Shown: positions 33,423-44,088, counted from the stretch's first letter. The stretch is DNA of 48,442 nt from a bacterium (GCA_006515835.1 VFBG01000002.1:1-48442); one strand, 5' to 3'. The notes: generated from the sequence alone by a model not told the origin. Made by a program: numbers and translations.

Positions 33423-34583
33423 TCACTCGGCCCGCGGTCTGAATGCTTCGCGGGGCGTCCCGTCGACCGCATAGAGCCGCTCGGTGGGCAGTTTGATGAC
33501 CATCCCGGAGTGCTCCAGCCGGTGATCGTAGATCGCGCCCAGCAGCCCGGCCATCGGGTCGCCGACGACGTCAGCGCCCAGCGCATCCAGGCCGATCGCC
33601 AGCCCCTCGCCCATACTGCCGGTCCAGCGGCCGACTCGGACCGTGACGGAGCCGTAGTGGCGCTTTCCGGGACGGGGCAGGGCCTGTTCGATCCACTGCC
33701 GCGGCCCGCCGGACCGGCGTTCCTCGGCGGGCAGGTTGTGGATCTGGTAGGCGCCCATGATTGCGCGGGCGACCACGGTGTTGCCGCCGCTGGCGGTGTC
33801 GGTCAGGTCCAGCACAATGGGCTGGCCCGATCGGGCGGCGGCCATGGCGACGTCGAAGGCTTCGACGGTGTCGCTGTCACCGAGCGAGTCATTGAAGCGG
33901 ATCACCAGCGCGCCGTCGGCCTGACGCGCCGAGACCGGAGGCCGCTCGCCGGGGGCGGCGGCATAGAGGTTGGGTAGGGTGAGACGGCGCTCGGCACCGG
34001 AGGCATCGCGGATGGTCAGGTCGCGCGGCCTGTCCCGGCGTCCAGCGGCCAGGACGCGGGCAGCGTAGCCCGCGCGGTCGCCGGTCGGCTCGAGGCCCAG
34101 GTCGGCCCAGAAGGCGACGACGGCTTCCGTTGTCGATGTTCCAGCGATGGCGATGAGCCCGTCGCCGGCCCTGACACCGGCCCCGGCGGCGGGTGAGCCC
34201 TGGCGTACGGCAGTGATCCGCCAGCCGTCGCCTTCGGGCTCGATCCAGAGGTCGGAATAGCTTGGCACGAGGCCCCAGCTGTCGGCGAACGAACCGCCGG
34301 TGATGGCGTGGTGGTCGGCCAGGGCGAAGACAGCGCGCTCGGCATAACGCAGCAGCGTGCGACGGTCACTGACCGCCCCGGCCTCGGCACGCATGGCATC
34401 GCTCATCGGCATCGCGCCGTTCGGGAAGCGGTCCAGATAGGCGTACTGGCTGTTGATCAGACCTTCGATCGAGAGCGCGTCCTCACGGAAGGCTGCGGCC
34501 GTCGGTTCAGCCCGCTGTGCCTGCGCGTGCGTCGGCGAAGCGGCGCAACCGAGGACGAGCAACAGGGTCAGGAAGGCGCGCAT
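33423..34583 (-). CDS. S41-family peptidase with PDZ-like domain
   Basis: Signal peptide, VRQGSPAAGAGVRAGD, LDLTDTASGGN, TGSMGEG, G.PMAG. Confidence 0.78.
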   Translation of the reverse strand: MRAFLTLLLVLGCAASPTHAQAQRAEPTAAAFREDALSIEGLINSQYAYLDRFPNGAMPMSDAMRAEAGAVSDRRTLLRYAERAVFALADHHAITGGSFADSWGLVPSYSDLWIEPEGDGWRITAVRQGSPAAGAGVRAGDGLIAIAGTSTTEAVVAFWADLGLEPTGDRAGYAARVLAAGRRDRPRDLTIRDASGAERRLTLPNLYAAAPGERPPVSARQADGALVIRFNDSLGDSDTVEAFDVAMAAARSGQPIVLDLTDTASGGNTVVARAIMGAYQIHNLPAEERRSGGPRQWIEQALPRPGKRHYGSVTVRVGRWTGSMGEGLAIGLDALGADVVGDPMAGLLGAIYDHRLEHSGMVIKLPTERLYAVDGTPREAFRPRAE

Positions 34584-34665
34584 GGAAAGCCCCGGATGTG
34601 ATCAGCCGAGGCTGGCTCGCCGGGAAGCGAGCGGCAAGTGAATCCGCCGTCATCTCCGGCCACCT

Positions 34666-35472
34666 TCAGGCCTTGTCCGTCACCGCATAGACCATGATAC
34701 CCGTGGCTACGGCCAGGTTCAGGCTGTCAGCCCGCCCGCGCATCGGGATTTTGACGTTGACGTCGCAGGCCGCAGCCAGGGCATCGGTCAGTCCGGCCTG
34801 TTCATTGCCCATCAGGATCAGCGCCGGATATTCGATGGCGGCGTCATGGTGGCCGACCGTGGCGTCCAGTCGGGTGCCGATGACGCTGCCGGGCCACATC
34901 TGGCGCCAGGCGATGAACTCGGCCGGGGTAGCGCGAGCGATGGCGACGGCGAAGACCGAGCCCATGGTCGCGCGGACGGCCTCGACCGAGAAGGGATCAA
35001 CGCAGTCACCGATCAGGATGACGCCGCCACAGCCGGCCGCGTCAGCGGTGCGGATAATGGTGCCCAGATTGCCGGGGTCGCGCACCTGCTCAAGCGCCAC
35101 CCACGCCGGGGCCGTGGCGGGCTGGATCGCGGACAGGGGCGTATAGATCTGATCGAAGACGCCCAGCACCGTCTGCGGATTGTCGCGACGACTGATCTTC
35201 TCGAGGATGGCGTGAGTGACCACCACGACCTCGCCGCCGGCGGCGCGGGTGGCGTCGCGGGCGCGCTCAAGAATGGGATGCGGCCGGGCGTCCTCGCCGA
35301 CCATCAACAGACGCGGAGCGCATTGCTGATCAAGGGCTTCTCCAATAAACTTCAGTCCTTCAGCGAGGAACTGGCCCGTCGCCTCGCGCTCCTTGCGCAT
35401 GTGCAGGGCGCGGACGTTCTTGACCGTATCATTGGTCAGGGAGGTGATGAGTCGATCCGCCGGTCCGGTCAT
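34666..35472 (-). CDS. TrmH/SpoU family RNA methyltransferase
   Basis: VRDPGNLGTIIRTADAAG, MGNEQAGL, IPMRGRADSLNLAVA. Confidence 0.93.
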   Translation of the reverse strand: MTGPADRLITSLTNDTVKNVRALHMRKEREATGQFLAEGLKFIGEALDQQCAPRLLMVGEDARPHPILERARDATRAAGGEVVVVTHAILEKISRRDNPQTVLGVFDQIYTPLSAIQPATAPAWVALEQVRDPGNLGTIIRTADAAGCGGVILIGDCVDPFSVEAVRATMGSVFAVAIARATPAEFIAWRQMWPGSVIGTRLDATVGHHDAAIEYPALILMGNEQAGLTDALAAACDVNVKIPMRGRADSLNLAVATGIMVYAVTDKA

Positions 35473-36362
35473 TTGGCCGACCAGCGCGCGAAGAAGCTGA
35501 GGCCGATAGCGCGGCCGTCCGGGCCATCCTCGGCCAGGGCCAGTTCACCCCAGTCGATGACCCCGCCGCGATCCGCCGTCGCTTCCGCCATCAGATGGGC
35601 GAGTGACAGGCCGGAGACACGGGCGGCGTAGGCGTTGAGCAACAGGAAGGAGGCGTCGTCGGAGAGCAGGGCGGCGCAGTCCTTGAGCAGGGCGGGCATG
35701 TCCTCGAACAGGCGCCAGACCTCTCCGGTCGGGCCGCGGCCGTATTTCGGAGGGTCAAGGATGATACCGTCATATTTCGAGCCGCGCCGGACCTCGCGCG
35801 CCACGTATTTGCGGGCGTCCTCGACGATCCAGCGAATGGGCTTGTCGGCCATGCCCGAGAGTTCGGCGTTCTCGCGCGCCCAGGCCACTGACTTCTTCGA
35901 CGCGTCGACGTGTGTGACCTCGGCCCCGGCGGCGGCGCAGGCGAGGCTTGCGACCCCGGTGTAGCCGAACAGGTTGAGGACCTTCGGCTGTTTCAGGTGC
36001 CGAATGCGGTCGTCCAGCCACTCCCAGTTTGCAGCCTGTTCCGGGAAGAAGGCGAGGTGGCGGAAGGGGGTGAAGCGGCTGGTGAAGCGCACGTCACGCC
36101 AGGCCAGGGGGAAGCTGTCGATCGGATTGCCGGCGAAGCGCCAGCGGCCTGTCTCGTCCTCGTCCGTCGGATCGAAGACGGCGTCGGCGGCGTCGAAGGC
36201 GGCCGGATCTCGCGACGACCAGAAACATTGAGGCTCGGGCCGGACCACGGTGTAGCGACCGTAGCGCTCGAGCTTGCGCCCTCCACCGCTGTCCAGCAGG
36301 GCATAGTCCGCCCAGGCGCGGGTGACGAGGGTCTCAGGCGACGGATTGAGGCGCGGCGGCAT
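35469..36362 (-). CDS. class I SAM-dependent methyltransferase (RlmI-like)
   Basis: YALLDSG..KLERYG, FPEQAANW, VLNLFGYTG, IILDPPKYGRG; start refined to MPPRL. Confidence 0.88.
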   Translation of the reverse strand: MPPRLNPSPETLVTRAWADYALLDSGGGRKLERYGRYTVVRPEPQCFWSSRDPAAFDAADAVFDPTDEDETGRWRFAGNPIDSFPLAWRDVRFTSRFTPFRHLAFFPEQAANWEWLDDRIRHLKQPKVLNLFGYTGVASLACAAAGAEVTHVDASKKSVAWARENAELSGMADKPIRWIVEDARKYVAREVRRGSKYDGIILDPPKYGRGPTGEVWRLFEDMPALLKDCAALLSDDASFLLLNAYAARVSGLSLAHLMAEATADRGGVIDWGELALAEDGPDGRAIGLSFFARWSAK

Positions 36363-37822
36363 GACCCCCTGATAGGCGGAGAGGCGCGGTCGCGTCCAGC
36401 ATGTCGTTGTCTTTGCATGCGGCATCGCCGGCAGATTCCGTATCAGGCGTTGCGTCGCGCTGATGGGGCGTCTTGTCCCAGGCGAAGGGGTCGAGCGCCA
36501 GACGCCACGCTGCGTGGACGAAGGCGAGGGATAGCAGAGACCAGTAGGCGGGTGCCTTGATCATGTCGCTGGCGTCGTAGGGCGCGCCGGCCCGCCGAGC
36601 GCCGATCGCGCAGGACAGCCATGCGGCCGCCGTGCCCAGCACCAGCACACAGAGCGCAAGAACAGGCGTCTCCGGCGGCAGGCCGGCTATGGCCGAGACC
36701 AGCACCGCCGCCGACACCCAGGCCAGAGTCAGGCCGTGGATCGCGGCCGAGACAAGACCGGTGCCGAGGGTCATCACGAGCGCCAGTGCTCCCCGCCAGC
36801 CCAGTCGCCATGGTTTGCGGGTATGGACGCCCCAGGTCAGCAGATAGCCCTTCAGCCACCGGGTTCTTTGAGGCAGCCAGTGCGCCAGCCCGCCGGGCGG
36901 CGTCTCCCATGTCGGGCAAGCCAGAACGCCGAGGGTCCAGCCCCGGCTCCAGAGCCGAAAGCCCAGATCGGCGTCCTCGGTAACATTCCACGCGTCCCAG
37001 CCGCCGACGGCGCGAAGGACATCCACGCGGAAATGATTGCTGGTCCCGCCGAGGGGAAAAGGCAGGCGAAGGCGGGCCATGCCGGGGAGGATGGTTTCAA
37101 AGAGACTGGCGTATTCTGCCGCGAACTGGCGGTCGATGAAGCGGGTCTTGTCGCTGACTGGAGGCCGAATCCTGAGCGGTGCCTGCAGGCAGGCAAGACG
37201 GCCGCTACGGTCCTGGGCGAACCGCGAGGCGGCTTCCCTGAGCTGCGCGGGATCGGGGGCGTCCTCGGCGTCATAGACCGTCAGAAGGTCCCCGGCGGCG
37301 TGGGTCAGGGCGAAATTCAGGGCGCGCGGCTTGGTCTGCGGCTTGCCGGGAGGCGTCACCAGGACCTTCAGCCAGTCCGGGCGTGGCGCGGCCAGGGCAG
37401 CGGCGATCGTCACGTGGTCGTGGGCTTCCAATACCAGAAACCCCTGAAGCCGGTCGGACGGGTAGTCGATACGTGAAAGACGTTCGGGCCTCATCGTGCA
37501 GCGCCGCCAGGACGGTGTAGCGCGGCCAGACCACCGGGACAGGAGCCGTGGGGGGAGACGCGGCGCTGAGCAGGATCAGGACAACCCTCCAGATCGCTAC
37601 GGTCAGGAAGGCCAGGGCCGCGAGGGCGATGAGACCGTCAGCGAGACGGTAAGGAAAGAACCTGAGCGCGAGCGCAAGGGCTACAATGATCCCTGCAAGG
37701 CAGACGGTCTGAAAGGGCGCAAAGGCCCGCAGAGCCGCGCTCTGTTCGAGCGGCGGTCCGTATCGCGCGGCGTCGCGCCGACGACCTTCCAGATCGCTGA
37801 CCTGAAATCTCTCCACCACCAC
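36334..37822 (-). pseudogene. GT2 membrane glycosyltransferase, frameshifted near 37486
   Basis: The N-terminal part ends YTVLAALHDEA. The remainder (ERLSRIDYP, TKPRALN, YDAED, GGTSNHF, TEDADLG, QRTRW) is in another frame, and the short linker helix expected between them is missing. Confidence 0.85.
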
Positions 37823-37910
37823 AGGTTACCTTGGTGATTCGCGCACGGCAAGCGATTGGCGCGAAGCGGGGAATGCCGCTATTCAAGACATCGACGTCCG
37901 GAGCCTCCGC

Positions 37911-38546
37911 GTGACTGTTGCCGCCACCCCGCTGAACCTGCGCTCCCAGCGCAAGCCCAAGGGCGAGGGCCATGCCCGCCGCGCGGAAATCCTGGCTGCG
38001 GCGGAACGCATCTTCGTCGAGCACGGCTACGAGGGCGCGACGATCCGCAAGATCGCGGACGAGGTCGGCCTTTCGTCGACGGCGCTCTACATGCATTTCG
38101 CCGAAAAGGGCGAGATCCTGCACGAGATTTGCCGGCAGGCCTTCGCAGCCCTGCTGGAGATGAACCAGGCCATTGTGGCCGAGCCCGGCGGGCCGGAGGA
38201 ACGGCTGCGGCGCATGCTGCGGGCCTATATCGACTTCGGCTTCGCCAATCCGAACGCCTACCGGCTGATCTATATGACCCGTCCGGCCGAGCTTCAGCAC
38301 GGCGCGCTTTCGGCGGCGCAGGAGTTGGGCGGCGGCCTGTACCGGTCTTTCGAGGCTGTGGTCGAGGACGCCGAGGTGGCCGGCTTGCTGCGTGGCGATG
38401 CACGGACAACGGCGCAAGCGCTCTGGTCCGGGTGCCACGGGGTGGTGTCGCTCATGATCACCAAGCCGTATTTCGACTGGGTCGAGCGCGAGACGCTGGT
38501 GACGACGCTGTTGGACGGCTTGTTTGCAGGTCTGCTGAAACCGTGA
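37911..38546 (+). CDS. TetR/AcrR family transcriptional regulator (WHG-type C-terminus)
   Basis: ILAAAERIFVEHGYEGATIRKIADEVGLSSTALYMHF HTH; LWSGCHGVVSL. Confidence 0.92.
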   Translation: MTVAATPLNLRSQRKPKGEGHARRAEILAAAERIFVEHGYEGATIRKIADEVGLSSTALYMHFAEKGEILHEICRQAFAALLEMNQAIVAEPGGPEERLRRMLRAYIDFGFANPNAYRLIYMTRPAELQHGALSAAQELGGGLYRSFEAVVEDAEVAGLLRGDARTTAQALWSGCHGVVSLMITKPYFDWVERETLVTTLLDGLFAGLLKP

Positions 38547-39340
38547 GGCGGCTGGCGGGTGCGCTGGCCGGACTGGTGCTGTTCGGGGCCGGCGTCGCGG
38601 AGGCCCGGCCGTTGCGGGTCATGGCGCTGGACCAGTGCGCCGACCAGTATGTGCTGGCGCTGAGGCCCGACGCCGAACTGGCCCTGTCGCCGCGGGCCGA
38701 TGATCCCGACGCCTGGATGCGCGACAGGGCGGCCGGACGGCTACGGATTCGTCCGACACTGGAGTCTGCCATCGCCTTCAGGCCCGACGTGGTAGTGCGC
38801 TACTGGGGCGGGGAGCCAAGGTTGCTGGCTCGCCTCGAGGCCACGGACGTACGGGTCGTGACGATCTCGGATGCGAAGGATTTCAATGATGTACGGGCGG
38901 CTATTCGGACCGTCTCGAAAGGCCTTGGTGTGCCTGCGCGGGGTGAGGCGTTGACGGCGCGGATGGATGCGCGACTGCGGTCGGCGGCGCCTGCACCCTC
39001 AGCCGCCAAGCGGTCGGCCCTGTATCTGACAGCGGGTGGGTTCACGGCGGGCAAGGGGACTTTGGTGGACGCCATTCTGGGCGCGGCGGGGTTCGCCAAT
39101 GCGGCACCGGGACCCTTCTTCGCCCCGGTCAGCGTGGAGAGGATCGCCCTCTATCCCCCGGCGCGGTTCGTGCTGGGCTTCTTCGATCAGGTCCGCGGCG
39201 ACTGGCGGGGGCCGGGGCGGCATCCGGTCGTGCAGCGGGCGGCTCAGGGCCGTGTGGCGGCGAGGCTGCCGGCAGCGGCCCTGACCTGTCCGGCCTGGTT
39301 CGCGGCCGATGCGGCGGCGATGCTGAAGGCGGGAGCATGA
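38543..39340 (+). CDS. Fe-siderophore/cobalamin ABC transporter substrate-binding protein
   Basis: GTG start overlapping the TetR stop; signal peptide, RVMALDQCADQYVLAL, ESAIAFRPDVV, GTLVDAILGAAG. Confidence 0.82.
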   Translation: MRRLAGALAGLVLFGAGVAEARPLRVMALDQCADQYVLALRPDAELALSPRADDPDAWMRDRAAGRLRIRPTLESAIAFRPDVVVRYWGGEPRLLARLEATDVRVVTISDAKDFNDVRAAIRTVSKGLGVPARGEALTARMDARLRSAAPAPSAAKRSALYLTAGGFTAGKGTLVDAILGAAGFANAAPGPFFAPVSVERIALYPPARFVLGFFDQVRGDWRGPGRHPVVQRAAQGRVAARLPAAALTCPAWFAADAAAMLKAGA

Positions 39341-40326
39341 CCAGGCCTTCGCGGCTGACGCTGGTGCTGGCGGGGCTGATCATGGCCGCGTCAGTCATGG
39401 GAATCCTGCTGGGCGAGACGGTTTTCGACATGGCGCAGATGACCCAGGCCTTTGCCGATCCCGGCTCTGGACCGGCGGAGGTGCTGTGGCAGGTGCGGGC
39501 ACCGCGCGTGGCGACGGCCTTGATGGTCGGGGCGGCGCTGGGGCTGTCCGGCGCCGTCATGCAGGGGCTGTTGCGCAATCCGCTGGCTGATCCGGGGGTG
39601 CTGGGGGTGTCGGCCTCGGCGGCGCTGGCGGCGGCGGCGGCGATCGTGCTGGGCGCGGCGGCGGTTCCGGGCGCGGTGGAGATTTCGGCGCTGACAGGGG
39701 CCGCTATCTCCGGAGGCCTGCTGATCCTGTTCTCGGCGCGGGTGCGGTCGCCGGAGGCTCTGATCCTGTTCGGCGTAGCGGTGTCGAGTTTTGCCGGCGC
39801 GGCCACGGCCCTGATCTTCAACCTGTCGCCGTCACCGATCGCCACGGCCGAGGTGATGAGCTGGCTTCTGGGTTCGGTGCAGAACCGTAGCTGGATCGAT
39901 GTGGCCTGGGTCACGCCGACGGTAGGGGCTGCGGGCGCGCTGGCGGCGCTGGCGGCGCCGGGTCTGAGGATGCTGAGCCTCGGCGAAGAGACGGCGCGGA
40001 CTTCTGGCCTGCCGATGGGACGACTGAGGCTGCTGGCCCTGCTGGCGACCGCGCTGGCGACCGGGGCGGCGGTGGCGGTGGCCGGGGTGATCGGCTTTGT
40101 CGGTCTGGCGGCACCGCATCTGGTGCGCAGCGCGGTGCGCGGCGATCCGGGACGGCTGCTGCTGCCGTCCGCGCTCGCAGGCGGGCTGATGCTGGTGGTG
40201 GCGGACCTGCTGGCGCGGATGACGCCGACGGATCAGGAGTTGAAGCTTGGTGTGTTCACGGCGCTGATCGGCGCGCCGCTGTTCGCGGTGATCGCCTGGC
40301 GGGCGGCGCGGGAGTGGCGGCTGTGA
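39337..40326 (+). CDS. FecCD/BtuC family ABC transporter permease
   Basis: RAPR, QGLLRNPLADPGVLGVS, LGEETARTSG, IGFVGLAAPH, TALIGAPLF. Confidence 0.92.
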   Translation: MTRPSRLTLVLAGLIMAASVMGILLGETVFDMAQMTQAFADPGSGPAEVLWQVRAPRVATALMVGAALGLSGAVMQGLLRNPLADPGVLGVSASAALAAAAAIVLGAAAVPGAVEISALTGAAISGGLLILFSARVRSPEALILFGVAVSSFAGAATALIFNLSPSPIATAEVMSWLLGSVQNRSWIDVAWVTPTVGAAGALAALAAPGLRMLSLGEETARTSGLPMGRLRLLALLATALATGAAVAVAGVIGFVGLAAPHLVRSAVRGDPGRLLLPSALAGGLMLVVADLLARMTPTDQELKLGVFTALIGAPLFAVIAWRAAREWRL

Positions 40327-41085
40327 CGCCGTTCCTGATGATATGTGACGCGGACGCCAGCCTGGGCAGCCGCATGGTTCTGGACGGCGCCGATGTGCTG
40401 GTCGCCAAGGGCCAGCTGGTGGCTGTCGTTGGACCAAATGGAGCGGGCAAATCCAGCCTGATCCGGGCGTTCGCCGGCCTGCTGCCACTGACCGGGGGCG
40501 CCGTCCGACTGCAGGGGGACGACGTGTCCACCTTGTCGGCGCGGGCCCGTCGCCTGGAACCTGCCCGCGATCGAGGTGGCCGCCCTTGGCGCGCCGTTCC
40601 TTGCAGGCGCTGAAGCCTTTGCGGCGGCGCGCGCCGCGCTGGACGAGGTGGAGGCAGGGCATCTGGCCGACCGCGGCGTGGCCGAGATGTCAGGGGGGGA
40701 GCGGGCGAGGGTGCTGCTGGCGCGAGCGCTGGCGGCGAATGCGCCGGCCCTGCTGGCCGATGAGCCGACGGCCGGACTGGATCCGGAAGCGCAGCTGATG
40801 GTGCTGGAGCGGTTGAAGGCGCGAGCTATAGCGGGGCAGGCGGTGCTGGTCAGCCTGCACGATCTCGGCCTTGCGGCCCGGTTTGCGGACAGCGTGGTGG
40901 TGATGAACGCCGGCCGTGTAGAGAGTCAGGCCGCGCCGCTGGAGGCGCTGACGCCGGACGTCATGGCGCGGGTGTTCGGTCTGGTTGCGCGCTGGGTCGA
41001 GGGGCCGGACGGTCCGCTGCTGTCGAGCGGCCGCTATTCCGACGGCTCTCCCTCCGGCGTCCGGATCGCGTCTTCGCCGGCATAG
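40323..41085 (+). pseudogene. FecE/BtuD-type ABC ATPase, frameshifted near 40550
   Basis: Walker A (GPNGAGKS) is in one frame; AWNLPAIEVAALG, MSGGERARV, ADEPTAGLD and SLHD are in another. The Q-loop segment (IAYLPQ-like) is absent from both. Confidence 0.87.
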
Positions 41086-43088
41086 GTGTAGGGCGCCGGT
41101 CCCGCCGGGGCACCGCGGCGCAGGTCCGAGGACAGGGTCAATGGCGCCGATCCGCCGTTCAATCGTGCGCGATAAACCTGCATGTTTTCCATGACTCGCA
41201 TCATATAGTTGCGAGTCTCTGTGAAGGGCGCGCATTCGATGAAGTCGACGGGATCGACCGCCGCGCCGCGTGGGTCGCCGCAGCGGGCAACCCACTGCGG
41301 GGGCCGGCCCGGGCCGGCGTTATAGGCGATGGTCGTCAGCAGCATCGAGCCGCCAAAATCGCTGGTCAGGTCGCCGAGATGATAGCTGCCCAGGGTCATG
41401 TTGAAGTCGGCGTCATAGAGCCGCTCATCCGAATAGGGCAGCCCGAGCTGGCGGGCGACGGCGCGGCCCGTGGCGGGGATGAACTGCATCATTCCACGCG
41501 CATTGGCGTGTGACCGGGCGCGAGGGTCGAAACTGGATTCCTGGCGGGTGATGGCGAGGGTGAACTCCAGCGGCGCGGCTCCGGCCACCGGCGGCGGCAG
41601 GCGGACCGGATACTGACGCTCGGGGATCAGGAAGCCGCGCTGGCTTGCGGCGCGGCCCACCATCATGGCGGTGAAGCCCTCGCCGTAGTTGCGAGACAGG
41701 TCCATGAGCTGGGCCAGGCCTGCCGGGCCGGGGAGGTCGTCGTCCAGCTGGTAGGCGAAGACGCGGAACAGGCTCATCTCGCCTGTCTCGCCGAGGATCC
41801 GCATGGCGCGAACGACCTCGTTGTTGTCGAAGGCGGCGATGTCTGCGGCGGTCAGGACGGGATCGGCGGGCAGGGTGATCATGGTCAGCCCGGCCTTCTC
41901 CGCGGCGAGCTGTCCGTAGAAGGTCTGGATGTGGCGGTTGCCCTGGGCCTCGGCGGCACGACCCAGCCAGTAGAGGGCGCGCCCCTGGGTGATCGGCGTC
42001 GACGACATCTGGCGCAGGGCCTCGAAATGGCGCGCGGCGCGGACCGGGTCGTTCAGCTTCACCAGCGCCGCCCAGCCCGCGAAGAACTCGGCGTCCACCT
42101 TGCGCTCGCCGGCGGGGAAGCCGTGGCCGGCCATGGCGTCATAGGCGGCCTGGCCATTGCGACGCTCGAGGGCGTCGAGGAAATAGTTTCGGCGCTCGCT
42201 CCACAGGGTGTTCTGGCCCTCGGTGTGGGACGGCGCGGCAGGCAGGGCGGCCAGCAGGGCGAAGCCCTCGGACTGGCGGTTCTGCGAGCGGAGAATGCGG
42301 ACGCGTTCCAGGGCCACGGCCGGGTCCAGCGCCTGGGTCGGGCTGAGGTTCGCCACGATGGCGTCGGGGCTGTAGGCGGTGCGCAGGGCCATAACGACAT
42401 TGGCGATGGCCTGCCGGTCGGACGGGACAAGCGGGATCATGGCGCGGGTCGCCGGACCGTGCGGGCCAATCAGGAGCATGTTGAGGCGCGCCGTGTGGTC
42501 GGCCTGGGTGAGGCTGGAGCCCCAACGGGTCAGGATGCGCGTCTGGGTCGCGTCGTCGAACGAACGCGTGCGCCACAAGTCGGTGATCAGGCGGCGGGCT
42601 TCGTCCGCGCGACCGCGCTGTTCCAGAGCGTCGGCAAGGGCGATGGTGCCCTGGATGGTCGTGGGGCCGCTATGCGCGAACAGGTTGATGGCGGCGTCCG
42701 GCCCCGCATAGGCACGGTCCAGCGCCCGCTCGGCGGCGGCGTTACGGCTGTCAGCGCGGGGCCAGCCCGCGAAGGCGGTGCGGGCGGCGACGAGGTCGCT
42801 GACCGGCATCTGGTCGGCCGACGTGTCCAACAGAGCCCATTCGACCAGTTTGCGGGCGACCGGATCGCCGATCTGCGAGGCGGCGTTGCGGGCCCCCGTG
42901 ATGTCGCGCGAGCGGGCGGCCGCCAGACCCTGACGGAAAAGGGCTGTGTCCTGATCGTTAAGCAGGCGCGGCTGGTTGCTGACCGGACCCGCGGACGCCA
43001 CGGCGCTGTAGGGGACCTCCTGCGGCAGCAGGGATTCAGGCGCGGGGGCGAGCAGGGCCAGGACGGCCGCGAGGCTGGTAGCGATCAT
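41034..43088 (-). CDS. slt: soluble lytic murein transglycosylase (Slt70-like)
   Basis: Signal peptide, helical repeats, ITRQESSFDP, ARGMMQFIPATG, AYNAGPGR, ETRNYMMRV; divergent from dapA. Confidence 0.9.
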   Translation of the reverse strand: MIATSLAAVLALLAPAPESLLPQEVPYSAVASAGPVSNQPRLLNDQDTALFRQGLAAARSRDITGARNAASQIGDPVARKLVEWALLDTSADQMPVSDLVAARTAFAGWPRADSRNAAAERALDRAYAGPDAAINLFAHSGPTTIQGTIALADALEQRGRADEARRLITDLWRTRSFDDATQTRILTRWGSSLTQADHTARLNMLLIGPHGPATRAMIPLVPSDRQAIANVVMALRTAYSPDAIVANLSPTQALDPAVALERVRILRSQNRQSEGFALLAALPAAPSHTEGQNTLWSERRNYFLDALERRNGQAAYDAMAGHGFPAGERKVDAEFFAGWAALVKLNDPVRAARHFEALRQMSSTPITQGRALYWLGRAAEAQGNRHIQTFYGQLAAEKAGLTMITLPADPVLTAADIAAFDNNEVVRAMRILGETGEMSLFRVFAYQLDDDLPGPAGLAQLMDLSRNYGEGFTAMMVGRAASQRGFLIPERQYPVRLPPPVAGAAPLEFTLAITRQESSFDPRARSHANARGMMQFIPATGRAVARQLGLPYSDERLYDADFNMTLGSYHLGDLTSDFGGSMLLTTIAYNAGPGRPPQWVARCGDPRGAAVDPVDFIECAPFTETRNYMMRVMENMQVYRARLNGGSAPLTLSSDLRRGAPAGPAPYTYAGEDAIRTPEGEPSE

Positions 43089-43203
43089 GACCTGTCCGAT
43101 CTCCATGCGTCGCGGTTGCGGTCGGGCGACCGGCAACCTACCCTCCAACGCTTAATATCCGGCGACTGTCGCCCCGATTTTCCACGCAGGACCATCTGTC
43201 TCA

Positions 43204-44088
43204 ATGACCGCCCCCTTGTTCAAGGGCGTGATCACCGCCCTGATCACACCACTTCGTGACGGAAAGGTGGACGAAGCCGCCTTCACGCAACTTCTGGAAC
43301 GCCAGATAGCCGCCGGGATCCACGGCGTCGTGCCGATGGGCACGACGGGCGAGAGCGCTTCGCTGACCGCCGACGAGCACAAACGGGTGGTGGAACTGTG
43401 CGTGCAGGTCGCGGCCGGCCGGATCCGTGTAATCGCGGGCGCTGGATCGTCGGCGACCGACAAGGCGATCGAGCTGGCGCGGTTCGCCAAGACCGTCGGC
43501 GCCGACGGTGCCCTGATCGTCACCCCCTATTACAACCGGCCCTCACAGGCGGGATTGGCCCAGCATTTCGAGGCGATCGCCGACGCGGTTCAGCTTCCCG
43601 TGCTGCTGTACAACGTCCCCGGTCGGACCGGCGTGGACATGGCCAATGAGACCGTGGCGCGCCTGGCGGCGCATCCGAACATCGTGGGCATCAAGGACGC
43701 GACCGGCGACCTGTCGCGGGTCAGCTGGATGCGGGCCAATATCGGCGGGCAGTTCGACCTGATCTCGGGCGATGACCCCAGCTACCTCGGCTATCACGCC
43801 CAGGGTGGCGTGGGGGTGATCTCGGTGACGTCCAATGTCGCGCCGGAGGCCATGGTGGCCCTGCATGAGGCGGCGTCGGCGGGCGACTACGCCACGGCGC
43901 GCGACTGGCAGGACCGGCTGATCGGCCTGCACAAGGCGCTGTTCCTCGATAACTCGCCGGCGCCGACGAAATACGCCTTGTCGCGGCTGCAGCTATGCGG
44001 CGAGGAGATCCGTCTGCCCCTGTCCCTGACGTCCGATGCGGTGAAGCCGGCCATCGACCGCGCCATGGCGGATGCGGGTCTGGGCTGA
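43204..44088 (+). CDS. dapA: 4-hydroxy-tetrahydrodipicolinate synthase
   Basis: [30 protein letters not shown]. Confidence 0.97.
   Translation: MTAPLFKGVITALITPLRDGKVDEAAFTQLLERQIAAGIHGVVPMGTTGESASLTADEHKRVVELCVQVAAGRIRVIAGAGSSATDKAIELARFAKTVGADGALIVTPYYNRPSQAGLAQHFEAIADAVQLPVLLYNVPGRTGVDMANETVARLAAHPNIVGIKDATGDLSRVSWMRANIGGQFDLISGDDPSYLGYHAQGGVGVISVTSNVAPEAMVALHEAASAGDYATARDWQDRLIGLHKALFLDNSPAPTKYALSRLQLCGEEIRLPLSLTSDAVKPAIDRAMADAGLG

Noticed and set aside
37856-39340. 494-aa ORF suggesting a large fusion protein
   Set aside because: Only the part from GTG 38543 is the substrate-binding protein; the upstream part is an alternative frame over the TetR gene.
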